Shown here: positions 43,052-55,645 of the stretch, piece by piece | Layout: every line of letters starts with the position of its first letter | Numbering within the stretch: position 1 is the stretch's first letter | NCBI GenBank assembly: GCA_964016885.1 | Contig: OZ024742.1 | Location: 102,176,001 to 102,240,000 of the forward strand | DNA length: 64,000 bases | Direction: 5' to 3' | Source of the DNA: Eledone cirrhosa | Lineage: Eukaryota | Notes under the pieces: generated by a model | What the model saw: the letters and a program-made list of their open reading frames with translations, nothing else | Databases searched by the model: none | What the model was told of the DNA's origin: nothing | Position numbers and translations under genes: made by a program

Positions 43052-43489
43052 CTTCTTCTTCTTCTTCTTCTTCTTCTTCTTCTTCTTCTTCTTCTTCTTC
43101 TTCTTCTTCTTCTTCTTCTTCCAGTTGAATGAATGTCTTCCCCGTTGTTTAGTGTGTCAATTTGACATGATGTGGGAAGAACAATAAAAGCAACATAGAC
43201 AGATACATACATACATACATACATACATACATACATACATACATACATACATACATACATACATACATACATGCATACATGCATACATACATACATACAT
43301 ACATACATACATACATGCATGCACTCATACATACATACATACATGCATGCATGTATACATACATACATATATACATACATACATGCATGCACTCATACAT
43401 ACATACATACATACATACACTCATACATACGCAAAAACACGTAAATACATATACATTCATGCATTCATTCATACATAATATATACACGC

Positions 43490-43658
43490 TATAATTTAAC
43501 TTGGTGTCCTTGAAATATGTATAATGAAATAAATATGGTTTTATAAATATAGTTTTCATTTGTTAATATCGTATGTTTACTCCAAATACTTGTTGAGTGC
43601 TTTATATCAGTTATAAAAATATTTGCTTGTTGTATCCCAACAATTTAAATAGAGCTTT

Positions 43659-43662
<4 letters not shown>
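43490..43662 (+). mobile_element. Copy of the 30250 module, truncated in the HHR stem II loop
   Basis: Begins ataatttaacttggtgtccttgaaatatg (matches 30526 onward) and ends in (TA)n. Confidence 0.8.
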
Positions 43663-43715
<53 letters not shown>

Positions 43716-43808
43716 AAGTATGCGTACACATATATTTACAAACGAATCGAATATCATTATTAATGTTCGATATAACCCATACGTACATATGCATATGTAT
43801 GTGTGTGC

Positions 43809-43903
<95 letters not shown>

Positions 43904-43980
43904 TATGCATACTTACATATATGTATCAGCTGTGCTAGGAAATAAATTCTAATTTTATATATATATATATACTATACATG

Positions 43981-44075
<95 letters not shown>

Positions 44076-44285
44076 ACATACATAGATTTATACATACATA
44101 CATACATACTTATATATATATATGTGTTTGTGTGTTGAAAACACGATTATGTGCCAGCTGAATCAGTTTATTAAGGATTTTTCGTATTTCCTCAGAAGTT
44201 AGATACATATTGTGTACAAATTATGAGTTTTTCAATTAAATGTTCATCCACTATATATAAAAGAAAGATATCTAGCTAAAAATAA

Positions 44286-44354
<69 letters not shown>

Positions 44355-44519
44355 TATATATATACATACGCACACACACACACGTATATATATATATATA
44401 TATATATACATATATATACATACACACACACACACACACATAATATATATATATATATGAAACTAAAAACCATATCATTTGTACTGCCTCTCTGTTTTTT
44501 GTTCTCTGTTCAATTTTGA

Positions 44520-44591
<72 letters not shown>

Positions 44592-45065
44592 CTTGAGGAG
44601 CGTGTAGTAAGATTGAAATTTAATCAATTCTCGCGAACGGTTCGGTTCATTATTTTATTCAACTATATTGTAGTTAATGTGCATTGTAATAGCCTTTGTT
44701 TGAAGCAAAACATACTCTTCAAAACATACATATATATTTATGTACTCCAGTAGTTTTAAAAACACAGTAGTGTTCTTTAGAATTGATTTTAACCTTGTAA
44801 GAAAGAGGTTAACTTGCTTAAAACTATTCTAGATTGTTTTTCTCGATTCACTGAGCCATACTGAACAATCCGTAGCAATGACCAATCACAGGCCACATCC
44901 TGTTTGCTAAGTGATAAACTGCTAAATTACTGCCCCTGTCTATAAGGCTAGTTTACCAAGCAAGTCCATAAAGGTGGACGGACCACAGAGGAGGTTGTTT
45001 TATGCAAACAATTTTTTTTTTTTTTGTGAATTGTTTAATTCTGTTTCATGATTATGTTGTGTATC

Positions 45066-45380
45066 TGGTGACTTGGAAGAGTCGTTAGAACGTCGCGTAG
45101 AATGCTTTGTCGTTTTTGTTCCGGCTCTCTGCTTTCTCTGAGTTCAACTCGCACCGAGGTCAACTTTTCTTTTCATCCTTTCTGGGTCGATAAAACAAGT
45201 AGCAGTCCAGTACCAATACTAGGGCCGATTCTTCCTCTATATCTTTTTCTCTCACCTCCTCTCTATCACAATCCCCCTCCTCTCTCTCTCTCTCTCTCTA
45301 GAAGTGTTCAGAACTAGAGATGGGATGGGCTCCACCAGGTTTAAAATAGTCAAGATACGCCGTATGTCATTACGGCGCTC
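45066..45380 (+). mobile_element. tRNA-derived SINE, long-tail subfamily
   Basis: ctctgagttcaactcgcaccgaggtcaac...gggctccaccagg. Confidence 0.75.
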
Positions 45381-45555
45381 TCACGACTCAATTATGTAGA
45401 TTGGTGACCTAACTCTGGATGTTTCACTCGTAGTTAAACAATTATGGGGTATTTTTTGCGATTTTATGCCCCAAGACAAGACATCAAAATGCGTTACTTC
45501 CAACAAAGGTATTGCCGAATTCCTATATGTATGTGGACAAACAGACACACGGACG

Positions 45556-45652
<97 letters not shown>

Positions 45653-45958
45653 AAACACACACAAACACACACATTGGCACTCCGTCGGTTCCGACGGCAA
45701 GTGTTCCAGTTCGATCAATGGAGCACCCTGTTCATGAAAATAATGTGCAAGCCGCCGAATATTCCACAACCACGTGTCACATTGCGTGAAAAGGTTAGCA
45801 CTTTGAATTATAGGTACAACTAATTTATGCCAGTTGAATGGATTGGAGCAACGTGGAATAAAGTGACTTGCTCAAGGACACTACGTGCTGCTGGGAACCG
45901 AACTCGTGAACTTACGATCGTGAACCAAACATCTTAATCACACTAAGCAATGTGCCTT

Positions 45959-46039
<81 letters not shown>

Positions 46040-46521
46040 TCTCTCTCTCTTATACACACTCTCGCTTTCTCTCTCCCTTTCTCACACACACACATACTCT
46101 CTCTCACACACACACACACTCTCGCTTTCTCTCTCTCTTTCTCTCATACACACACTCTCTCTCTCTCTTTCTCTCTCTCTCTCACACACACACACACACT
46201 CTCTCTCTCTCTCACACACACACACACTTTCTCTCTCTCTTTCACTCATACACATACACACACATACACTGCCTCTTTCTCCTCACTCATTCACATTACA
46301 ATCTCCTCTTTCTCACTTTTCTCTTTATCTCCTTTCCTCTGTCTCTCTCTCGTTCTCTTTTTCTTCTTGCCTCTTTCTCTAATCCCTTTCCAGTTCCTCA
46401 TTTGTTTTCTAATCAGTTCCTCCCACTTTCTCTATTCCTCCTATCTCTTACTACACTCCCATCCATTTCCTTGAGTATTAATTTTTCAATTCCTCCCAAA
46501 CTCTCTATACCTTCACCATGT

Positions 46522-46634
<113 letters not shown>

Positions 46635-47225
46635 CACACACACACACAGTCACACACACACATGTATATATATATACTCTTACTCTTTTACTCTTTTACC
46701 TGTTCCAGCCATCCGGCTGAGTCATGCTGGGGCACCGCCCTTGTGGCGACCACAACGATATATATATATATATATTTCTGTTTCTTCTCTCTCCACACCC
46801 CTCTTTCTTTAAATTCTTACTACCCCTACTCTACTCTAACCTCTCCCAGTCATTTCCCCCACAATCTTCTGCCCTAACTCACCCCCACCATGACTGTTGA
46901 AATCTGCAATCCGTCAAATATGCAGAAATGAAATTAGTTGACAAGTGAACATTTCCGAAAACTAGGAAAGTCGATTAGAAACTTAGAAAAACATGAGGTT
47001 TTAAAGTTAAAGCTGAACTGAATTGGAAGTTGTGGTGTTCATTCTTACCACAAAATATTACAGAAACCTACATACAGTTTTAAAGGTTTCTTGAGTAATT
47101 TTCTAATAATCTTTACCTTCTTTTCGTATAACAGTTGCAGAAAGAAACAATAAGGTGGAATCTGATTGAAATGTTCTGGTGTTTCAGTTTTCCATCATTC
47201 ATGATGTATGTCTATATGTAAGCAT

Positions 47226-47332
47226 GGACCCATAACTTATGATGGATTCGTAAGAGCATTTTATAACCTGGCGGAACCCAATCCCTCTCCAGGTCTGAAT
47301 ACAGCTAATTTCTTCTCGTGAAGGAGAGAGAA

Positions 47333-47389
<57 letters not shown>

Positions 47390-48245
47390 TAGAGAGGAAG
47401 TGAGAAAGAGATATAGAAGAAAAGTCGACTTCAGTATTGATATTTTTTTCATCGACCGCGAAATGATGAAAAGCAAAGCTGACCTCGGCAGGTTTTGAAC
47501 TCAGAACGCAGAGAGCCAGAATGAATTCTGCAAACATTCAATTCGACATTGTAACGAATCTGCCATTTCGCCGCCTCAATAATGATAACAAGTCTAAAAA
47601 AATAGTCTCAGCAGGACATTAATTCATATATCGCCCTGAATAGCTTATTGGAACATTTTGACGTTGAAGCGATCTTGTTGCAACGTCATTTATGGTGGAA
47701 ATAGGATTTTTGTTGTGAAAAACATTAAAACAAAACCAAGCAAATGCATTTTAAAGAAGCATGTAACCAGTGCCGGATTTACTATTGCGATTAATTTGTT
47801 TTACGATGAATTACCTCCTTCAGAGCCCAAGTAAGGATCCTCATAACTTAACTAGCACAGGGCCTCATTTGTCTTAAATCCAGCACTGCATGTAACACAC
47901 ATACACATACATTCGGGCGCACGTTTACACACACACGCACGTTATGTACGTATGCTATATATGTAATATGTATGTATGGACCCTTTTTAAAAAATCTGAC
48001 AGAGCTCATCTTTTCTCTAGGTTTGAATACAGCAGATTTCTTCAAGAGAAAGATAGAGCGTGAGAGAATGAAAGTGAGACAGAGATATAAAGGAAGAATT
48101 GACCCCAGTACTACTGGAATTGACTGGTACTTTCCTTTACCGACCTTGAATGGATGAAAGGCAAAGTTTACCTCGGCGGGATTTGAACTCAGAGAGCTGA
48201 AACGAATACCGCAAAGCATTCTAACGACTCTGCTAATTCGCCGCT
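47226..48245 (-). mobile_element. Two SINE copies (47226-47577 and 47976-48245)
   Basis: Reverse complement of the family core and tail. Confidence 0.75.
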
Positions 48246-48746
48246 TACGTATATAATATACATACATACGTATAGTTAGTATACAGTTAAAATTGTGTAC
48301 ATGTTACAAGGAAACATAATATAAAATACAGACAACACGAACAAAAACAACAACAACAAACAAACAAATAAAAAAATGTACAAGAAATATAAATTGCTTA
48401 GTGAAAAGATCTCTCTGATAGAAAATTAGAGAAAGAAAATGCTAATAACATATAATTATTATAAAAGTTTTATGAAACCAACTAAATCTTTGATAAAAGC
48501 AACTGCATAATCCAATTGTTTATAACAATGTCAACTTGCTTTACGATAAAAGAGAATTCATTATTTATTTTAATAACGCTTATTTCGTAATAATCTTTGC
48601 ACGGTTTAAATAAGATTTCGTTGAAAGATTAAAAGCCAGCGGTTTATATATATGTCACCATGACATTATCAAAAGTGTAGAGAAAATAATATATATATAT
48701 AGCATTAACTAAGCTAGAAACGGAAGCGGAACAAAAATATAATATA

Positions 48747-48926
48747 CGAGGGTTAGCTGAATGGTTAAGGCTGAAAAGTTCGTAGGATGACCAAGATACT
48801 CTCATGGAATATCCAAATGAGCTTTATTTTTCAACATAGTCCATGGAAAGGAACAATGCAGTTATTAATGTGAAGAGTTAGAATTACTCTTTCATAGAAG
48901 CCTATGAAGTTTTCAGCAGACCCTCT
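48747..48926. mobile_element. Mariner-type MITE (copy 3)
   Basis: TA-cgagggttagctga...cctatgaagttttcagcagaccctct-TA; internal match to 470-560. Confidence 0.75.
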
Positions 48927-50326
48927 TAATTTCGGCGAGAGGAGTTCGAGACAGTTTTAATTCATGAAAAGGCATCAACATCACAACATTTCATTTTACC
49001 ATTTATTTTTTTAGGGAAGAAACACTTTGTGCCCAGAACAAGATTCTAACTGCTCTTGGTCAACCATAAATGAAAGATTTATGTCTTCTTCTTCTTCTTC
49101 TTCTTCTTCTTCTTCTTCTTCTTCTTCTTCTTCTTCTTCTTCTTCTTCTTCTTCTTCTTCTTCTTCAAATAAACCAAATTCTATCAAATCACACTTGACC
49201 ATCTTTTAAAAGAGATATACACAAATGGCAATCTGGTCGTAGATATGACGTGTTGGTCAAGTCTGGAACGTCTTTGCTTGTAGCTTTGTGCAACCGGAAC
49301 TGACTGGGGGTCTAAACAACAACAACAACAACAACAAAAGCAGCAGCAACCTCCCTCGTATCATATGTGTCCAATATTTCACAAAGTAGCAACATACTTC
49401 ATCATTTTTCCTCTAGTGTAATTTGTCCCCTCATTAATAAGCTGTCCAGAGTGTCGCAGGTGATTACACTTGCCATAATTCATGTGATAGAAGAAACGCT
49501 ATTGCTGTACTTTCAAAACCACACACATGTATACACACATACATGCACTCACACACACACACACACGCACGCACACACACACATACACACACGCACGCAC
49601 ACACACACACACACACACACACAAAACCCACATAAATAAACATACATACACATATGTACGCGCATATACATACATGCATATATACATACATAATACATAC
49701 ATGCATATATACATACATACACACATATATACACACATACACACATACATACAATATATACACATACATGCATACATCTGTACATAAGTACACACATACA
49801 CACACATACATACACACACATACATACACACACATACATACACACATACATACACACACACATACATACATACATACATACATACATACACACATACATA
49901 CACACATACATACATACATACATACATACATACATACATACATACATACATTTGGCTTCTTGCCGCCAGTGTTTCGTTTATGGCAGGGTCAGAAAGAATT
50001 CTTTTTATATTTCCTTTCTCTTCTCAATCTTCAAACGTTTCCTAAACGCAAGCTTGTTTTGTGGAAATCCGAATGAACTATAAACTATATCAAAGAGCAG
50101 TTCATGGTTGAGGGCTTTTCACATTCCGTTACGCCAAGTATTAGCCAAAGTGTTAGTAGTCAAAATTGAACACGTCAATCAGCAAAGGGCACAGGGTCAA
50201 CGACGTTCGGTCAGTTTCATATGAATATAATTTCGTACATGTTCCCAATGGCCACAAACCAACTAAGTCTGCTTTACTCTGTTCTCTAAAGGTAATGAGT
50301 GACCAGCAATGTATCAATATATATCA

Positions 50327-50357
<31 letters not shown>

Positions 50358-50621
50358 TGTATGTATGTATGTATGTATGTATGTATGTATGTATGTATGT
50401 ATGTATGTATGTATGTGTGTGTGTATGTATGTATGTATGTATGTATGTATGTATGTATGTATGTATGTATGTATGTATGTATGTATGTATGTATGTGTGT
50501 ATGTATGTATGTATGTATGTATGTGTGCATGTGTGTATGTGTGTGTGTATATGTGTATGTATGTATGTATTTATGTATGTATTAATGTATGTATGTATGT
50601 ATATATGTATGTATGTAATAA

Positions 50622-51032
50622 ATAGAGAAAGACTGTATATGAGGGAAAAGTTGCCTTACGAGAAAGTAAAGCGGGATGTGAGGAAGGGCATTGCTGTTGC
50701 ACTTCCAGACGGCGAGGGTCCTCCTATGGTGCTGACATGCAGCGTCTGTGCGAGACTCTGCCTAAGCAAAGCTGGACTCGAAAGTCATCTTCGCAGTCAT
50801 AAAGTAAGACCAGTGGTTGACTACCAGGCTGCTGTTGGAGATGCTACTCATCATGCTTGCCAAGCATGTGGTAGAGAATGTAAATCAGCAGGAGGGCTCA
50901 AGCGACATGCAAAAGTACACGAACTCCAACCACAGCCGACTATTCCCAGTGAATGTTTTGGTTGCCGACTGTGCAAGACATTTTAGATCATTGGCTGGGC
51001 TAAAAAGCCACATTCGATCGCAGCGCTGTTAA
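50622..51032 (+). pseudogene. Three C2H2 zinc fingers, probably the C-terminus of an RTE LINE
   Basis: CSVCARLCLSKAGLESHLRSH; CQACGRECKSAGGLKRHAKVH; CRLCKTF/(frameshift)[12 protein letters not shown]; preceded by EKVKRDVRK; no TGEKPY linkers. Confidence 0.7.
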
Positions 51033-51274
51033 TTGCTATCGTGTGTGTCTTTGTGTATATATATGTTTATGTGTGTGCGTGCGTGTGTATATATATATAT
51101 GTATATTATTATTGTTGTTGTTGTCGTTATTATTATTGTTGTTATTATTATTATTATTGGACAGCTGCTTATGACATGGGTGACATCTTCGATGTTAATT
51201 CTGCATGTATGTATGTTTGTATGTATGCATGTATGTATCCATGTATTAATCTATGTATTTATGTGTGTATGTAT

Positions 51275-51735
51275 GTATGTTTTCTCTTTCTCTTAATTTC
51301 GAGTATATTTTTTTGACCGGCCACCTTCCTGGTGGCAAGGTTGTAAAAGAAAAGAAATTGTCATCCCTTGAATCGCAAGAATGTTTTGCATATTTTGAAG
51401 GTGCCAGCTATCGCAGCCATTTGTAGACTATGAATTAGGGAGCTGCGCTCTTTGTCCGCAAATCCAAGTTCAGTCATACTTTGGTCCAAGCGGGTTGGTA
51501 TATAACCCGTAGCACCAATAATGATGGGTATGAAGCTAAAGGTGTATCTTGGATACTGGATTTGTAAGCTCCTCATCAATGGTCCGTAGATGTCCTCCTT
51601 CTCCTGTATTTTTCTGACAACGTTTACATCAAGTGGGCAGCTGATCTCCACAACAGAACACGTTTTCAATGTGTGGTCCCAAACTACAATATCAGGCCGG
51701 TTGTGCTTTAATTTGGTGGCAGTTTTTATTTTCAG
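51275..51735 (-). mobile_element. R4/Dong-clade LINE 3' end (PD-(D/E)xK restriction-like endonuclease)
   Basis: [13 protein letters not shown]...[11 protein letters not shown]...EKEDIY..L...PIIIGATG; (ATGT)n on both sides. Confidence 0.85.
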
Positions 51736-51839
51736 GTTCCACCAGTATTCCTTAGTGTATTCCTATGTATGTATGTATGTATGTATGTATGTATGTATGT
51801 ATGTATGTATGTATGTATGTATGTATGTATGTATGTATG

Positions 51840-51950
<111 letters not shown>

Positions 51951-52155
51951 GGTGTCCCCCAAAAATATGTATGCACACTTCAACATTATTCTAATCAACG
52001 TGTGTATACATTTTTGGGACACCTTGTGTGTATATATATATGTGTGTGTGGTGAAGTGTAATTTAGTAAAGAATATAGAATGTTGAGAGAGCACACAATT
52101 TGTGGAAAGACATCGTTTATATATATATCAATTATACCACAACTGTGGTATAATT

Positions 52156-52224
52156 TAGGTACAATTGTTTCTCTGGCTATCTGTTTTAGATTTTCACTGA
52201 TACAGGCCCCAGATCCTCAGCCTA
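52156..52224 (-). ncRNA. Intact-looking type I hammerhead ribozyme
   Basis: TAGG-CTGAGGA-TCTGG-(32 nt)-CCAGA-GAAAC-AATT-GTA-CCTA; all stems pair, GUA triplet, palindrome ACAATTGT; followed by hairpin 52130-52155 and (TA)n. Confidence 0.9.
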
Positions 52225-54000
52225 TATGACGCCATTTTGTAATTGTGTTATTTTTCTTTAAATGTGAAAGAATTCCAAAAAGAAAAGAAAAAGAATTGTA
52301 TAAAAAATCAACCCTATTTTGAACAATCCTCTCTCTTTCTCTCTCTCTATATGTATGTATATAGTGTGGTTGAATTTCATAATAAATATCCAAGTAGGCA
52401 GCCCCCTATTATAACAAGCGCTAGCCAACAGTAATTTCACAGAAAAAGATATCCTACTTTCCTGATCAACACTATAAAACGACAAGAAGAAAAACCAGGA
52501 GTAGTACAATTGCAGAGTTTTCACTCCCTTTTCCCTTAGTGTTAAAAAGAACGTGGGGAAATTCTTAGCGCTTATAAATAAACTTTTCTCTGTAGATCAT
52601 AAGTATAGAGAAATATTTAGCCACCTTAAGGTAAAAATCGGCTATTCTTGTGCAAAACGTATTAAATCCCACTTCGCCAATAAACCCCTAGAGATCCCCC
52701 ACAACAGGCTGCTCGTGCAGTAGACCGGACACATACCCCCTTGACCAGGAATGCAACATATCCGACGTGATATATGAATTAGAAGTCCCCTTGACTCTAC
52801 TGACCAGTCAAGAGATATGTGGGAATGTCGGAGGCTCATTTTAAAGGCCGTTTCCCTAACCATGACACGACCTTTAGGTACCCAGTCAAGAAATATACCA
52901 CGAAACTTACAAGTCTGTAGTTTTTTTTTAGATCCAGGCCAATCCTGATTGAGCAGGTTTATGATCAAAGTTTTTCCAGCTGTGAGCATTGCACTTTGTG
53001 TATGTTGTGTGTGCTTAGATCTCCGTCGTTTGCGACGATGAGTGTTCCAGTTTTACACACAACGCCACAGGTTGCTCGTGAAATTAACTTGCAAGTGGTT
53101 GAGCATTCCACATAATATGTGTACCTTTAACGGGAGATTCAACGTAACCGAGTGCGTGAAAAGCACCGTCAAATGAAGGGAAATAAAGTGTCTTGCTTAA
53201 GGACACAGCGTGCCACCGGGAATCGAACCGATTATTTTACAACCGTGAGCAGAACACCTTAACCACTAAGCCACACACCTTCACATTCGACCTTGTATTC
53301 AGATATTATGTAACAAAAAATACAGTGTTTTTTTTCTTTTTAAGACAGTATTATGTTGGTGGATATTTACGGGAGCTTTGGCCACCTGGAGGCTGTATTG
53401 TATCGTAGATCTCCGTAGAGTTGAAGGTAGACATTCAGTGAGATGAATTTGTGAACCGATGTAAGGAGTTCAAGTTACTCCCATCATCAACTTACCTCTA
53501 CCTCAACCCACCCTTGGTAATCTGAAATCACTTTCGGATTTAAAATTAACCCCACGCTGTTCATATTACTTCCCTAATTGATTTAACTAAAATAGTGAAT
53601 TCTACAGGACATCTTTTACACCAGATTTATGGTACTGTAATATCCTTTTCCAGACGGTTGATTGAAAAGATTTTGGAGTTGTACTTGTCTGGTAAGTGAC
53701 ATAATCTGAGATGGTGTGTTGAAGTTAAAACAATTACTTCGTGGAAACGTCATTTTAGCCAATTAAAAATACAAACAAAATCTGTTAACTTTAACGTAGA
53801 TAGATAACTTTGATGTTTGTAAGTATTTATCAACGACGAAATATTGACATAAAATTTATGATGAGATATAAACACACAGACAAGTAGCTTTCAATGAGCT
53901 TACAAAATTTTAATTCGCTCCACGTTTCATAAAACGGTTGTATATTTGTTTACATCTCCTGGCTGATAGATAGGGTTAAACAATGACGGCTGAGTAACCC

Positions 54001-54073
54001 GTCTCCCTTTCGTGCAGTGGTAATGCAACCTCCCGGCATAGAGCAGACGTGAGTTCGATTCTCACCGACGACT
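54001..54073 (+). pseudogene. tRNA-like sequence (pseudogene or SINE head)
   Basis: A-box-like cgtgcagtggta and a perfect T-arm gtgag-ttcgatt-ctcac; acceptor and anticodon stems pair poorly. Confidence 0.5.
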
Positions 54074-55219
54074 GTCCACACGTTTTCCCGTCTCTGGGAG
54101 GGTTATATTCTCAACTTGTTCAACTATTTAATAGTGAAGCTTGCATTACAACCGCTTAGCTAAGCTAATATTCTTTCAAAATTCAAAATTCATAAAATTC
54201 GTAAAATGATTGTTTCTTTGTTTAACTAGATAGATAGAAAGATAGATAGTTAAATGAATAAAAAGGAAACACGATACAAATATAATTGTTTTTGGATGGT
54301 GAAAGAGAGAGACAGATTAGCGAAACAGACAGATTAAGATAATCATATTAATCCCATTATAGAAAATATGTCTTCACTGTGAGTCCGGAGCTCACAGCCC
54401 ACAGCTCACAACCCAGAGACAAGCGTTCTGAATAGACCGGGATAGACGAGCAAAATCTGATTAATTAGTGTTTTAATTAGTGTTTTAATTGCACGGTTGT
54501 TAGGGATTATGATGATAAGATAATGAAATTTATAAAGGCACAAATGAATATGTGATACAGTTCCGTCCTATCTGATTAGATCTGTTCTGTAAGTTAGAAG
54601 AGATCTGGTGTTGTCCTTGTTGTCGTTGTTGTTGTTGATTGTGCTGGTGTTGTTGTTGTTGTTGTTGTTGGAGCTTGTGGAGGTGGATGTGAGTAGTTAT
54701 GGCAGTGGTGGGGGTAGTGGCGGTGCTGGTGATAATACTATTGCTGTTGATGTTGTTATAGGTGGCGATGGCGGTGGTGTTGGTTTTGGTGGTGGTGATA
54801 ATGGTTGTGGTGGTGGTGGTGGTGTTTTTGGTGGTGGTGGTGGTGGTGTTTTTGGTGTTGTGGTGATGATGGTTGTGGTGCTAGTTTTAGTGATGGGGAT
54901 AGTGGTGGTTGTTGTGGTTGTGGTGGTGAGTGAGGGCAATGGTGATGATGTGATGATAGTGATAGCAATGGCGGTGGGTGGGACTTTTATTTTAATCCAA
55001 GAAATAAGATTTATGCCTCACTGAAGTTTATCCCAGAACGGATCTTGCATGGACGTTGTTCTACTGCGAGAACTGTCCAAATGAATCTTTGTTGAAAGGT
55101 TTAATTCCCCAGAACTCCTCCACTTATAGACCTGTGTGTGTGTATGTATGTATGTATGTATGTATGTATGTATGTATGTATGTATGTATGTATGTATGTA
55201 TGTATGTATGTATACATAT

Positions 55220-55365
55220 AAATGTAGTCTGAGTTTTTCGAATATTAATAATAACATTCGATTTGTTTGCAATTATGCAAACGAGCCTCAATTTTATAGC
55301 ATAATTGCATAATTGCAAACAAATCAAATGTTATTATTGATATTCGAAAAACTCAGATTACATTT
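55220..55365. repeat. Inverted repeat, ~61-bp arms
   Basis: 55220-55280 pairs with 55305-55365. Confidence 0.9.
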
Positions 55366-55414
55366 ATTGTATTCAGCCATGTAGAGCGAAAATTTTCTTT
55401 TTTATATGTATATA

Positions 55415-55572
55415 AATTTATCCCGGGTTCAATCGCGGGTAACCACAGTAAGTATGGTACTCAATACATAGCAGAGTATAAATATCTAATATAGAAATAG
55501 CTTCTACAGGAAGCTTTCCTGATGATTTCCTCCGAATGAAACAGTTCTAGTCCTGTAGAAGCCATTTCTATA
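55415..55572. mobile_element. Copy of the 15449 module with HHR-like core and fold-back
   Basis: ccgggttcaatcg...accacagtaa; CTGATGA-TTTCCTCCGAAT-GAAAC-AGTTCTA-GTC; tagaaatagcttctacagga / tcctgtagaagccatttcta. Confidence 0.7.
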
Positions 55573-55584
55573 TCAAATAAATAA

Positions 55585-55645
<61 letters not shown>

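Noticed and set aside
50622-51032. Host C2H2 zinc-finger gene
   Set aside because: No TGEKPY linkers, a frameshift, and an RTE-like context.
54001-54073. Functional tRNA gene
   Set aside because: Acceptor and anticodon stems are defective; kept only as tRNA-like.
55019-55132. Minus-strand exon VYKWRSSGE...DPFWDKL between AG and GT
   Set aside because: No polypyrimidine tract, no recognisable homology, and it lies between repeats.
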